A stretch of DNA of 64,000 nucleotides from Patescibacteria group bacterium (GTDB lineage Bacteria > Patescibacteriota > Minisyncoccia > Phycocordibacterales > Phycocordibacteraceae): contig JAZKIU010000001.1 in assembly GCA_040384705.1 (NCBI GenBank), positions 89,907 through 153,906 of the forward strand, written 5' to 3'. Shown piece by piece: positions 28,488-37,999 of this stretch (position 1 is its first letter; every line of letters begins with the position of its first letter). The position numbers and the translations under genes were made by a program. The notes beneath the pieces were generated by a model that had not been told where the DNA came from, ran no database searches, and worked only from the letters and a program-made list of their open reading frames with translations.

Positions 28488-29963
28488 GTGCAGCAGCGGC
28501 TTATCTTTGCGATCCTTTCGTTTATCCTAGGCATCGCCCTAGGTTCGCTGCTCTTGATTTCCTGGCAAGTGATGGCGCTTTTGGCGTCCGTCATCTTTTC
28601 TTTATCTTTTTTATTGCTCCTCAAAAGGAGCGAAGCGTACATCCTGTCAGCCCTCTGCCTCCTTGGGCTTCTCATCGGGCTCGCGCGCGTAGGCAGTGCT
28701 CCGGTCGTGGCACCTGGCGCATTCCTGCCCCTCTTCGATACGAAGGTCATCCTTACCGGGAATATCGAGGGCGATCCCGACATACGCGAGACGACGCAGC
28801 GTGTCACGCTCGCCGTGGAACACGAAGGAGAGCATATGCGCATGCTCGTTGTCGCTCCTCTATACCCTGAGCTCTCGCACGGGCAGGTCCTCGAGGTGCG
28901 TGGAACGCTCGAGCGGCCCGAACCCTTCACGACCGATGGCGGGCGCACGTTTCGGTACGATAGCTTCCTCGCCAAGGACGGCGTGTTCGGCATCATCGGC
29001 TTCGCGAAGATACGGGTGCTCGACGACAAGCCTGGCCTGCGCACGTATCTCTACGAAGCGAAGCATCTCTTCGTGCGTGGACTATCGAACGCGCTTCCCG
29101 AGCCCTATGCGAGCCTCGCTGCCGGGATAATCGCGGGAGGGAAGCAGGGGCTCGGGAAGGAGTTGCTCGAGGCGTTCACCATCGCCGGCCTCCTGCCCAT
29201 CGTCGTCCTGTCGGGATACAACGTGATGATAATCGCCGAGGCGATACTACGCGGGTTCAGCTTCCTCAGGAAGCGGACCGCCATCATCCTCGCAGGGATT
29301 ACGATATTCCTTTTCGTGCTCGCGGCAGGAGCGGGAGCCTCCGCCACGCGTGCTGGCATCATGGCGGGCTTAGGACTCTTCGCACGGGCGAGCGGCCGTA
29401 CCTACGACGCGCTCCGCGCCCTCGTCTTCGTGCTCGTTATCATGCTGCTGTGGAACCCGCTGCTCCTCGTGCACGATCCGGGATTTCAGTTCTCGTTCGT
29501 CGCGACGCTCGGATTGATACTGGGTAGTCCCGTCATCGAGCCGCACCTCATGCGCATACGGAACGCATTCCTGCGCGACATCGTTGCGACTACTGTCGCG
29601 GCGCAGCTCTTCGTGCTTCCGCTCCTCCTGTACCAGACAGGGAACCTCTCGCTCGTCGCGCTCCCGGCGAACGTGCTCGTCCTCCCCGCAGTCCCGCTCG
29701 CGATGCTTTTCTCTGCGATCGCGGGTTTTGTCGGCATGCTCGCTCCTGCGCTCGCAACTGTCGTCGGGCTCCCTGCGCTTCTCCTGCTTTGGTACTTAGT
29801 CGAGGTCGCGCAGACCAGTGCCGCGCTTCCGTTCGCGAGCCTGACCATTCCGATGTTCCCGTTCTGGGTAACGATTCTTCTGTACATGCTCTTAGCGTTC
29901 GGCATGCATTGGCTTAAAGAAAAAGTGCCTGCGACAGATGTTGCAGGCACTCCTTCTCCCTGA
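28488..29963 (+). CDS. comEC: ComEC/Rec2 competence protein (DUF4131 and membrane Competence domain)
   Basis: OB-like domain, VLSGYNV, RAGIM, GFQFSF and ANVLVLP motifs; many TM helices. Confidence 0.88.
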   Translation: MQQRLIFAILSFILGIALGSLLLISWQVMALLASVIFSLSFLLLLKRSEAYILSALCLLGLLIGLARVGSAPVVAPGAFLPLFDTKVILTGNIEGDPDIRETTQRVTLAVEHEGEHMRMLVVAPLYPELSHGQVLEVRGTLERPEPFTTDGGRTFRYDSFLAKDGVFGIIGFAKIRVLDDKPGLRTYLYEAKHLFVRGLSNALPEPYASLAAGIIAGGKQGLGKELLEAFTIAGLLPIVVLSGYNVMIIAEAILRGFSFLRKRTAIILAGITIFLFVLAAGAGASATRAGIMAGLGLFARASGRTYDALRALVFVLVIMLLWNPLLLVHDPGFQFSFVATLGLILGSPVIEPHLMRIRNAFLRDIVATTVAAQLFVLPLLLYQTGNLSLVALPANVLVLPAVPLAMLFSAIAGFVGMLAPALATVVGLPALLLLWYLVEVAQTSAALPFASLTIPMFPFWVTILLYMLLAFGMHWLKEKVPATDVAGTPSP

Positions 29964-29969
29964 CCTGAT

Positions 29970-30566
29970 TTACGTGGCTGCGTTCGCGAAGCGTTCGTTC
30001 ACGAGATCCCAGTCCACGTTCGCGAGCAATGCGTCGACGTACGTCTTCTTTTCCGCCGGGACATAGTCGACCATGTACGCGTGCTCCCATAGATCGATGG
30101 CGAGGATGATGGGAAGTCCTGCGAGCTGCCCGAGCTCATGGTCACCGACGAAGGCAGTATGCAGAGAATTTATCCGGGGGTCGAAGTACGTGATGACCCA
30201 GCCGATGCCACGCGTGCCCGCGACCTCTTTCAGATGCGTGATGAAGCTCGCCCAGTTGCCGTACTTCTCGGACGCTGCGTTCGCGAGCGGGGAATTCTCC
30301 GCGGCCTGGCTCGGTCCCTTCTCGAGCTGCTCGAAATAGTACTCGTGCATGCGCATGCCATCGAACTCGAAGCCGAGGCGGCGGCGTAGCTCATTCATCA
30401 CGAACGCGTTGCTGTCCGCGTCCTCGTCACGCAATCGCTTGATGGTGTCGAGGATGACGTTCACGTGCTTCACATACCCTTCGTAGAGAGCGAGGTGGAC
30501 GTCCATCTGCTTCTTCGAGAGGCCGGAAAGCTCGGGCAAGCTGAAGGTGCGTGCGGTATAGGTCAT
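29970..30566 (-). CDS. sod: Fe/Mn superoxide dismutase family protein
   Basis: H..LY.GYV, MHEYYF, GIGW and DLWEHAY motifs. Confidence 0.88.
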   Translation of the reverse strand: MTYTARTFSLPELSGLSKKQMDVHLALYEGYVKHVNVILDTIKRLRDEDADSNAFVMNELRRRLGFEFDGMRMHEYYFEQLEKGPSQAAENSPLANAASEKYGNWASFITHLKEVAGTRGIGWVITYFDPRINSLHTAFVGDHELGQLAGLPIILAIDLWEHAYMVDYVPAEKKTYVDALLANVDWDLVNERFANAAT

Positions 30567-30635
30567 AGGTAAGGGTGAGACGGATAAGTATCCCCGAGTA
30601 TACCGTAGGGGGATGAAGGTTCCATGGGCTAGAAC

Positions 30636-30944
30636 TTAGCTCGTAGTGTAGCGGTCCTTGTCGCGCGAGGACACCTTGTCGATGCTCTTGCGTATCGCGT
30701 CGTCGAGGCTTATCCCATGAGAGTTGGCGAAGCAGATGAGCGTATAGATGATGTCTCCTATCTCTTCCTCCATATCCTGCTTCTCCTCATCGAGGCGCTT
30801 CTTCTTGGGTCCGTAGACATGGTTCACGATACGGGCGAACTCGCCGCCCTCCTCGAAGAGCCGTGCGGTTATCGCGAGCGGCTCCCAGTACGGCCATCCC
30901 TTCTCCTTGAACCAAGCATCCACTTCCTTCTGGTATTTATCCAT
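30636..30944 (-). CDS. MazG-like nucleotide pyrophosphohydrolase
   Basis: LFEEGGE...EEEIGD motif. Confidence 0.88.
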   Translation of the reverse strand: MDKYQKEVDAWFKEKGWPYWEPLAITARLFEEGGEFARIVNHVYGPKKKRLDEEKQDMEEEIGDIIYTLICFANSHGISLDDAIRKSIDKVSSRDKDRYTTS

Positions 30945-31401
30945 GGCTCGCAGCGTACTTGTGATAGAGCTCGAGCACGTCATCCACCGATTCCGATTGC
31001 TCGAGGCTCGCGAGCTCCTCGACGCTGAACCAGTGCGCCTCGCCCACCGTATTCGGGTTTATCTGGAAGGCCTGCGTACCGACATGGGCCAGGTATGCGC
31101 AGATGACATCCTTCTTGTGCTGCCGGGTATGGAAATAGGAGCCGAGCGGGATGAGCACCGAGAGCTCGATGCCTACCTCCTCGCGGACCTTGCGTTTGGC
31201 GGTCTCGAGCGGCTCCTCGTCCTTGCGGCTGCGCCCGCCCGGAAGCGTCCAGTGCTTGGGCCCGTACGTCTCGCGGATGAGGAGGAAGTTCTCGCCCTGC
31301 TTGATGAGGACCTTGGCGCCCTCGGCTTGCGGCGCAGCCATACGCCAGTAGAGGAGCTGGAAGGGGGCGAGTACCCGGTTAGATAGGCGTTTCAGGAACA
31401 T
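30937..31401 (-). CDS. NUDIX hydrolase (variant box)
   Basis: WTLPGG.....E....TAKRKVREEVG. Confidence 0.8.
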   Translation of the reverse strand: MFLKRLSNRVLAPFQLLYWRMAAPQAEGAKVLIKQGENFLLIRETYGPKHWTLPGGRSRKDEEPLETAKRKVREEVGIELSVLIPLGSYFHTRQHKKDVICAYLAHVGTQAFQINPNTVGEAHWFSVEELASLEQSESVDDVLELYHKYAASHG

Positions 31402-31462
31402 ACGCTTCGTGTACATCAACAGTACCATTTGCGCCGGATTATACTGACCCTATCAACGTCCC

Positions 31463-32323
31463 ATGAATTCCCTGCGCACCAAGCCGGCCTTAGCCGCGTT
31501 CGTCCTGCTCGCGCTCGTCGCGGTGAACGCGGCAGCGATATACGCCATATACGAGCCGAAGCAGGGCCTGCTCACGGTCTCGTTCCTCGCGGTGGGGCAG
31601 GGCGACGCCATCCTTATCGAGAGCCCGGAAGGCGTCCAGCTGCTCATAGATGGAGGCCGCGATCGCGCCGTGCTGCGCCAGCTGCCGAGAGTGATGGGCC
31701 CGCTCGACCGTTCCATCGATATGGTGCTCGCGACGCACCCGGACGCCGACCATATCGGTGGGTTGCCCGACGTCCTCAATCGCTACCGCGTCTCCTACTA
31801 TCTCTCGCCGGGCATAGAGCACGGGACGAGCCAGGCGGAGCGGCTGGATGTGGCGGTGGAAAAGGAACCGGGCGCAGTCAGCATCCTCGCTAGGAAGGGT
31901 ATGCGTATCCATCTCGGAGAGGCGGTATACGCGGACGTACTCTACCCTGATCATGACGTGTCGAAGGGGGAGACCAATAGCGGGTCCATAGTGCTCCGGC
32001 TCGTGCATGGCGACACCTCTTTTATGCTCACGGGCGACGCGCCGTCCTCGGTCGAGGACTATCTCATCTCGCTCGGCGGGGAACTGGATAGCGATGTGCT
32101 CAAGGCCGGGCACCACGGCTCGCGCACCTCGACCGGGTCAGCATGGCTTAACGCCGTTATTCCCGCGACCGTGGTGATCTCGGCAGGGAAGGACAACTCG
32201 TACGGCCATCCGCACGAGGAAGTACTAGAGCGCATACAGGTTTCTGGGGCTTCGGTAGCTTCCACGGTAGAGGGGCGACCGGTCATCTTCACGAGCGATG
32301 GGAAGACGGTAGTGCACAAGTGA
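31463..32323 (+). CDS. ComEC-type metallo-beta-lactamase fold nuclease
   Basis: VGQGDA, THPDADHIGG, TGD, HHGS and YGHPH motifs. Confidence 0.88.
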   Translation: MNSLRTKPALAAFVLLALVAVNAAAIYAIYEPKQGLLTVSFLAVGQGDAILIESPEGVQLLIDGGRDRAVLRQLPRVMGPLDRSIDMVLATHPDADHIGGLPDVLNRYRVSYYLSPGIEHGTSQAERLDVAVEKEPGAVSILARKGMRIHLGEAVYADVLYPDHDVSKGETNSGSIVLRLVHGDTSFMLTGDAPSSVEDYLISLGGELDSDVLKAGHHGSRTSTGSAWLNAVIPATVVISAGKDNSYGHPHEEVLERIQVSGASVASTVEGRPVIFTSDGKTVVHK

Positions 32324-32382
32324 CTTTACGGATGGGAAAGTAGTGGTACTGTGCGAGAGGAGAGTCCAGAAGGGGAAATACC

Positions 32383-32682
32383 ATGCTATCCATCGCCGTT
32401 AGAACCGAGCTACGGATCGATGAAGTCATCGCCGCGAGCATCGTCGAGTATTTTTGCACGCACCAGACGGAAGACTTCCGGGCGAAACGCGCCGCTGTCC
32501 TGGAATGCGCTCGCGCCGACATCGAGAGGGGCCCGCTGCCCGACTCGCCGTACACGGAGCTGTACTGCAGGGTAGTGCGTCGCTACCTCGAGCAGAAAGT
32601 CCCGGAATCTAGCTGGCAGAACGTCCTCGGGCATCTCGAGGATTGGCCCATGCACCGCCGCCAGCCGCTCAACGACAACTGA
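32383..32682 (+). CDS. Hypothetical protein
   Basis: AAGGGGA SD; hairpin at 32705-32727. Confidence 0.5.
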   Translation: MLSIAVRTELRIDEVIAASIVEYFCTHQTEDFRAKRAAVLECARADIERGPLPDSPYTELYCRVVRRYLEQKVPESSWQNVLGHLEDWPMHRRQPLNDN

Positions 32683-32744
32683 ACTTCCGCCCACGAACGC
32701 GAAACGCCCCGGTCTTGGACCGGGGCGGCTTCTTTTCCGAGCGG

Positions 32745-32987
32745 CTAGATAACGCCTGCTTTCGTGAGGGTGGCGAAGGCACCGTTCTTCTTGATGTGGC
32801 GCATGCCCTTGGCGGATACGTCGATGAGGACGTTCTTGCCGAGCTCGGCAACGAATACGCGGCGCTTCTGGAGGTTCGCGCTGCGGCGGACCTTGCCGGT
32901 AGGGTTGAACTGGGTAGCACGCGTGCGGTTGGAATACCGCCCGCCTACTTGCGTGCTCTTGCCGGTCACTGCGCATTTACGTGCCAT
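32745..32987 (-). CDS. rpmB: 50S ribosomal protein L28
   Basis: MARKCAVTGK...NLQKRR...VSAKGMR. Confidence 0.9.
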   Translation of the reverse strand: MARKCAVTGKSTQVGGRYSNRTRATQFNPTGKVRRSANLQKRRVFVAELGKNVLIDVSAKGMRHIKKNGAFATLTKAGVI

Positions 32988-33030
32988 AGTCCCCGCATGC
33001 TAGCATAATGGGGCTTACCTCCGCAAATCC

Positions 33031-33660
33031 ATGGCCATCCTCATCTTCGGCATCATCGTCCTCATCCTCTCCATCATCATCCATGAGGTGGCCCATGGAT
33101 ATGCCGCCTATACGCTCGGCGACCCTACGGCCAAGCTCGAAGGCCGTCTCACGCTCAATCCGGTCTCGCACGTGGACCCGGTCGGATCCGTTCTTCTCCC
33201 GGCCATACTCGTGATGACGGGCGCAGGCATCCTCTTCGGATGGGCGAAGCCCGTTCCGTACAATCCATACAACCTGAAGAACCAGCGATGGGGCGAGGCC
33301 ATCGTCGCGGTCGCGGGTGTCGCCACCAACCTCCTGCTCGCCATCATCTTCGCGCTCATCGCGCGCTACGCATATGCGAACGGCTTCGGGGAGTTCGGCG
33401 ACCTCGCAGCGCTCGTGACCCTCACGAACCTCTCGCTCGGCATCTTCAACCTCATCCCTATACCGCCGCTCGACGGGTTCACCGTCCTACGGGGCATTTT
33501 GCCGTACAAGCTCGGCATGCAAATGCGTGAGTTCGAGGACCGCATGCGTGCCGGCAGCATCTTCACGCTCATCGCCATACTGTTCATCTTCACGTACTTC
33601 TTCGCCGGCCCGTTCTACGACTTCATCAGCTACATTTTCGGATTGCTTATTGGTTCGTAG
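33031..33660 (+). CDS. Site-2 protease (peptidase M50)
   Basis: HEVAH, GRLTLNP, GWAKPVP and FNLIPIPPLDG motifs. Confidence 0.92.
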   Translation: MAILIFGIIVLILSIIIHEVAHGYAAYTLGDPTAKLEGRLTLNPVSHVDPVGSVLLPAILVMTGAGILFGWAKPVPYNPYNLKNQRWGEAIVAVAGVATNLLLAIIFALIARYAYANGFGEFGDLAALVTLTNLSLGIFNLIPIPPLDGFTVLRGILPYKLGMQMREFEDRMRAGSIFTLIAILFIFTYFFAGPFYDFISYIFGLLIGS

Positions 33661-33663
33661 CGC

Positions 33664-34419
33664 ATGAAGGCCATCTCGCTCAATACGTGGGGAGGTGAGG
33701 CGGGAGTGCCCGAGCTCCTGGCATTCCTTAAGTCATACGACGATGTCGATGTATTCTGCCTGCAGGAAGTCTGGAACGGAGGCGAGCACATGCTCGCGGA
33801 GAAATCGGGCGGGTCATGGCTCTCGCGCCGCAACCCGCACCTCCTGTCCCACATTGCCGGAGTGCTTACGGATTACGAAATCTATTACCGACCGCATTTC
33901 TTCGATTTCTACGGACTCGCGATGTTCGTGAAGAAAGGGCTCAAAGTCACCGAAGAAGGCGAGCTCTACATATATAAGGAGAAGGGATACATCTCTTCCG
34001 AGGAATTCGGCAACCATGCCCGCATTCTTCAATACATGACCATCGATACCTCAGAGGGCGCTCGAACCATCCTTAACCTCCATGGTCTCTGGAACGGGAA
34101 AGGGAAGAACGATTCCGAAGACCGTCTCGAACAGTCGGATAGGATCGCCAGGTTCGTAAAGGATCTTACTAATCCGTATGTCGTCCTTGGTGACTTCAAT
34201 TTGCGACCAGACACTGAAAGCCTCGCACGCATCGAGGCGTGCGGACTACGCAATCTCATAAAGGAATACGGGATAATCTCGACGCGCACGAGCCACTATA
34301 CGAAGCCGGAGAAGTTCGCGGACTATGCATTCGTAAGCGATGGGGTCGAGGTGAAGGATTTCAAGGTATTGCCGGACGAAGTGTCCGACCATGCGCCGCT
34401 GTATCTCGAATTCAGCTAG
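33664..34419 (+). CDS. Endonuclease/exonuclease/phosphatase family protein
   Basis: SLN, CLQEV, GDFN, DY and SDH motifs. Confidence 0.88.
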   Translation: MKAISLNTWGGEAGVPELLAFLKSYDDVDVFCLQEVWNGGEHMLAEKSGGSWLSRRNPHLLSHIAGVLTDYEIYYRPHFFDFYGLAMFVKKGLKVTEEGELYIYKEKGYISSEEFGNHARILQYMTIDTSEGARTILNLHGLWNGKGKNDSEDRLEQSDRIARFVKDLTNPYVVLGDFNLRPDTESLARIEACGLRNLIKEYGIISTRTSHYTKPEKFADYAFVSDGVEVKDFKVLPDEVSDHAPLYLEFS

Positions 34420-34459
34420 CTAACGAAACGGGGAGGGCAAGGCAGTGGTTATAGAGAGC

Positions 34460-34558
34460 ATGAAGAAGCTGCTTACCGCCCTCGCACTTCTCGCCATCGG
34501 GTACTTCATTGGGGTCCGGCAGGATAGTCGCAGGGGTATTCCGGAATGCGATAGATAA
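34460..34558 (+). CDS. Putative 32-aa single-helix membrane peptide
   Basis: MKKLLTALALLAIGYFIGVRQDSRRGIPECDR; ends at a hairpin shared with the convergent ORF. Confidence 0.35.
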   Translation: MKKLLTALALLAIGYFIGVRQDSRRGIPECDR

Positions 34559-34597
34559 AGGAAAAGCCTCGCGGAGCGAGGCAGTCTTCCTTGAGCT

Positions 34598-34849
34598 TCA
34601 TTCCGCCGCGATCTTGAGTGCAGCGGGTGGTTCGAGGGTCAGATAGTGGTCGGGAGCTTGGGCGCAAGAGATCTGATGGTGCGGGAAGCAGGCGCAGATA
34701 TCGCAGAATTCCATCCCGCCCATCCACACCACTGCATGCTCGCTCAGAACGGCGCCGAGTCTTCGGCAGCGCGCCCCGCAATTGAATGTGGCGGCAGTGA
34801 CGAGAGGCGGGGGCTCGAATAGCCCGATAGTACCTTCAGGTAGTCTCAT
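34598..34849 (-). CDS. Hypothetical Cys-rich protein
   Basis: GGGAGG SD; CxxxC and CxxCxC motifs. Confidence 0.45.
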   Translation of the reverse strand: MRLPEGTIGLFEPPPLVTAATFNCGARCRRLGAVLSEHAVVWMGGMEFCDICACFPHHQISCAQAPDHYLTLEPPAALKIAAE

Positions 34850-35058
34850 GACGCCCTCCCCGGACGATCAGTTCGTGCTCACAATGAGCCTGTACCGCTA
34901 TAAGTGTACACTCGACTGGCCACGCTATCGCCCTAGTGTTGCACAAGTAGTGCGGTAAGTGGATTCGGCCCTGATCGTCTTTACACACGGTATACACTGT
35001 ATAAGCGGTGTATTCGATTCCCGGTATTACAACGCGTAACTATTGACCCAATCTATTT

Positions 35059-35952
35059 ATGATAAAGAAATTAGCCGCATTCACTATCGCGCTCTCGCTA
35101 TTCGCCGGCATCCTGCCGACCGCGACGTTCGCCGAGACGGTGACCTCCACTACCAGTGTGCAGATGCAGACGTACCTAGAGCAGATAAAGAAGCTCCAGG
35201 ACCAGCTCGCTGAACTTACCAAGAAGCGCGGCGAAACCGTTACCGAGCTTAGGGAGACCATGGCGCTCGCAGGCGAACTCCGCCAGGGCATGACGAGCGA
35301 AGAGGTGAAGGCGCTCCAGGAAATACTGGCCGCTGACCCCGATATCTATCCTGAAGGCCTCGTGACCGGTTTCTATGGCGCACTCACCGCAAAGGCAGTG
35401 GCCAAGTTCCAGAAGAAGCACGGCGTTGAGGGAGAAGTCGCTGTCGGCACGATGACTCGTGCGCGCTTGAACGCGCTCGCGAACGATTCAGACTTCAAAT
35501 GCAAGGCATGGGGCAAGTTGATCGCGCCTGGCCTGGCTAAGAAGCGTCTCGGTAATGCTTCGATAGACCTCTCCGCTTGCGGGAAGGTCCCGGCGGGAAT
35601 CATCAAGAAGATAGACACTGACTGGAAGCATGGTACCTCAACCGCTACTTCGACCGACACGAGGGCTCCGGGCATCTCGAACATCGATACCGATGATGTT
35701 ACTCATGAGTCCATCGTGGTCTCGTGGGAGACAAACGAGCGCACGAAAGCGGTCGTCTGGTACGGGACCGATGAGGATGTGGATCTCGATGATGCGGAGA
35801 AGGAGACCAGCTCGACCTTCGCGCTCGAGCATGAGCTTACCCTCGAAGACCTCGATGAAGACACGGAATACTTCTTCATCGTTGTTGCGACCGACAAGGC
35901 GGGCAATACCGCGACGTCGAGCGTGCAGGACTTCGAGACCGAGAACGACTAA
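35059..35952 (+). CDS. Secreted peptidoglycan-binding and fibronectin type III domain protein
   Basis: Signal peptide; EVKALQ..L...IYPEG.VTGFYG.LT..AV..FQ; C-terminal FN3 (W.T.E, L.EDTEY). Confidence 0.82.
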   Translation: MIKKLAAFTIALSLFAGILPTATFAETVTSTTSVQMQTYLEQIKKLQDQLAELTKKRGETVTELRETMALAGELRQGMTSEEVKALQEILAADPDIYPEGLVTGFYGALTAKAVAKFQKKHGVEGEVAVGTMTRARLNALANDSDFKCKAWGKLIAPGLAKKRLGNASIDLSACGKVPAGIIKKIDTDWKHGTSTATSTDTRAPGISNIDTDDVTHESIVVSWETNERTKAVVWYGTDEDVDLDDAEKETSSTFALEHELTLEDLDEDTEYFFIVVATDKAGNTATSSVQDFETEND

Positions 35953-36208
35953 CGAACGGTTCTGATATGAAAATGCCCCGACTTGTCGGGGCATTTTCAT
36001 ATCTCTGCGCCTCGGTGTTGGCTATAGAAAGTTATCAATAGGCGTGTCGAAAAAGGCAGGAGTTGAATCCCGTAGGGGCTGTCGAGGAGTTCTAATATGC
36101 TCATAAGGGCGGATTTGATTTCATTTAGGATTGGTTCATACTCCCACGAGACGCCGAGTACAAATCGCCTACAACAATAAATATCATCAGGCCGAAAGGG
36201 GTCATGAC

Positions 36209-37843
36209 ATGTCTGCGTTGGTTCAAGCACCCACTGCTAAGGTCTTCCCGCCGACCATAAGCCGTAAGGATATCAGGGGGCATATCGATGGCCTCTCGGA
36301 ACAAAGTTCCACTCTGCTCATCGACTTGTCGGCCGGTCTTTCTGATCAGAGGATTGCGAACAACCTCAAGGTTGAGGTTGTTCGTCTGCCGCTTCTCATG
36401 GAAAAGCTGTTCCGCAGCCTGAAGCTCTCGACGACGCTCTCGATGCAGGAGAAGCGCGCGGCGGCCATCCTCATGAACCGGATCTACGAAAAACTAGGCC
36501 CAATCAATGAGGAGCATGCCGAGTTCCTTCTTTATGCGCTCGCAATGAGCGCCGAGAAGGTCGCCATTCCTGACTTAAGGTTGGAGAACGAAGAGAGAGC
36601 GCTTCCGCCTGCCGCGGCAAAGAGCGCAATCGTTGATGAGCTCGCTGCGGCCCCACAACCGGAGGAGGTGCGGGAAGTGCCCGTCGACGAACCGAGACTC
36701 ATCATCGAGGCTCCGGAGCTTGAAGAAGCAGACTCGGACGTTCCCTCGGTTGAACCAGTGCAGGAGGTCCAACCCCCTGCCCCAGAAGGGCCCGACCCGC
36801 TTCTGTCGCGCATCACGAGAATCATGAACAGGAAGCCGATCACCGAGCGAAGGGCTCTCATCCTCGACACGCTGATCGTGGAAGGTACAGTGGCACGCAT
36901 TGCCGCTGTGCTTGGCACTGAATCCAACGGAATAAGCGCGAGTCTCTCGCAACTGAAGGCGATCTTCAAGGTCCCGACTGTCGAGGCCGAAGGGAGAAGA
37001 GAAGGAGCCAAGCAGGAGTTAGCCATGCTCGCCCGGGCGTGGGCGCGTTATCGCGGGCGCGAGCTCGTGGAAGCGCCGCCGCCGGATTCGTCCACGAAAG
37101 TCGTCGAAGAGACGCCTCTGAACGCGGAGTCTGTCGTGGAGCTGTGCGAACTGGCTCCACCTGCTCCAAACTTGGAGGTTCCGCTCTTCACCGACGCGGA
37201 GCGAGAAGCGATCATCGCTCGCATCAAGCGGGTGATGAAAGCGCGCAAGCTTAGCATCCGGAGAATCGAGGTGCTGGATGCTTTGGCTGCGGCGGGGAGC
37301 GTTACCCTTGCTGCGACGGCAGCCAATGCCTCGACCGGTAGCGTGAGCACGATCGCGACGTTCGCAAAAGCGTTGTTCGGTCTTCCGAAGCGTGAAGAAA
37401 GGAGCGTGGAGACGAAAGCGCTCATTGAGGTGTGGAGTATCTATCGCGAGCGCTACTCTACGCACGCGGCGGCCATGCCTAAGCCGAAGGGCGCTGTCGT
37501 CGCTCGGAAGCGTCTTGAAGTGCCTGCGGCACCGCTCGTTGCTGCTATGGAACCGGCGGCGGAAGCTCCCGCTCCCGTCGTTGAGTCTGAGGCGCGAGCA
37601 GAGCCACCCGAAACCGCTCCTCTGATGGTCATGACCACACAAGAGCCATCAAGTAGCGCTATCCTGCGCCAACCGGATGCTGTTCTGGGCGTCCGCACGT
37701 TATGGACGAACGCTCCTGATTTCGTGGACGAGCAGGATAGGCTCATCGGCGAAGGTTACCAGGTGGAGCGTGTCGATCATCTCGTCTCGTTCCATCCGGT
37801 TATCCAGGGCGTGTCCGTCCTGACGTTCGTAAAGCGGGCCTAA
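36209..37843 (+). CDS. Hypothetical protein with three LuxR/LysR-like HTH modules
   Basis: Three similar HTH-like segments separated by P/E-rich linkers; AAGGGG SD; terminator at 37866-37898. Confidence 0.6.
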   Translation: MSALVQAPTAKVFPPTISRKDIRGHIDGLSEQSSTLLIDLSAGLSDQRIANNLKVEVVRLPLLMEKLFRSLKLSTTLSMQEKRAAAILMNRIYEKLGPINEEHAEFLLYALAMSAEKVAIPDLRLENEERALPPAAAKSAIVDELAAAPQPEEVREVPVDEPRLIIEAPELEEADSDVPSVEPVQEVQPPAPEGPDPLLSRITRIMNRKPITERRALILDTLIVEGTVARIAAVLGTESNGISASLSQLKAIFKVPTVEAEGRREGAKQELAMLARAWARYRGRELVEAPPPDSSTKVVEETPLNAESVVELCELAPPAPNLEVPLFTDAEREAIIARIKRVMKARKLSIRRIEVLDALAAAGSVTLAATAANASTGSVSTIATFAKALFGLPKREERSVETKALIEVWSIYRERYSTHAAAMPKPKGAVVARKRLEVPAAPLVAAMEPAAEAPAPVVESEARAEPPETAPLMVMTTQEPSSSAILRQPDAVLGVRTLWTNAPDFVDEQDRLIGEGYQVERVDHLVSFHPVIQGVSVLTFVKRA

Positions 37844-37999
37844 CGGCCCGCGCAAGAGAACCTTGAGCCCCGTCGGTTTACCGGCGGGGCTTCTTTATTA
37901 ACAACGAGGGTCAGGACATGAGGAGTTATCAACAGATAGGAGACGAAAACACAGGAAATTTTATCTTTTCATTATCTTTTGCCCGCTACGATGCAGGCA

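Noticed and set aside
34903-34912. Palindrome AGTGTACACT in a divergent promoter region
   Set aside because: A single 10-bp palindrome is expected by chance in 64 kb
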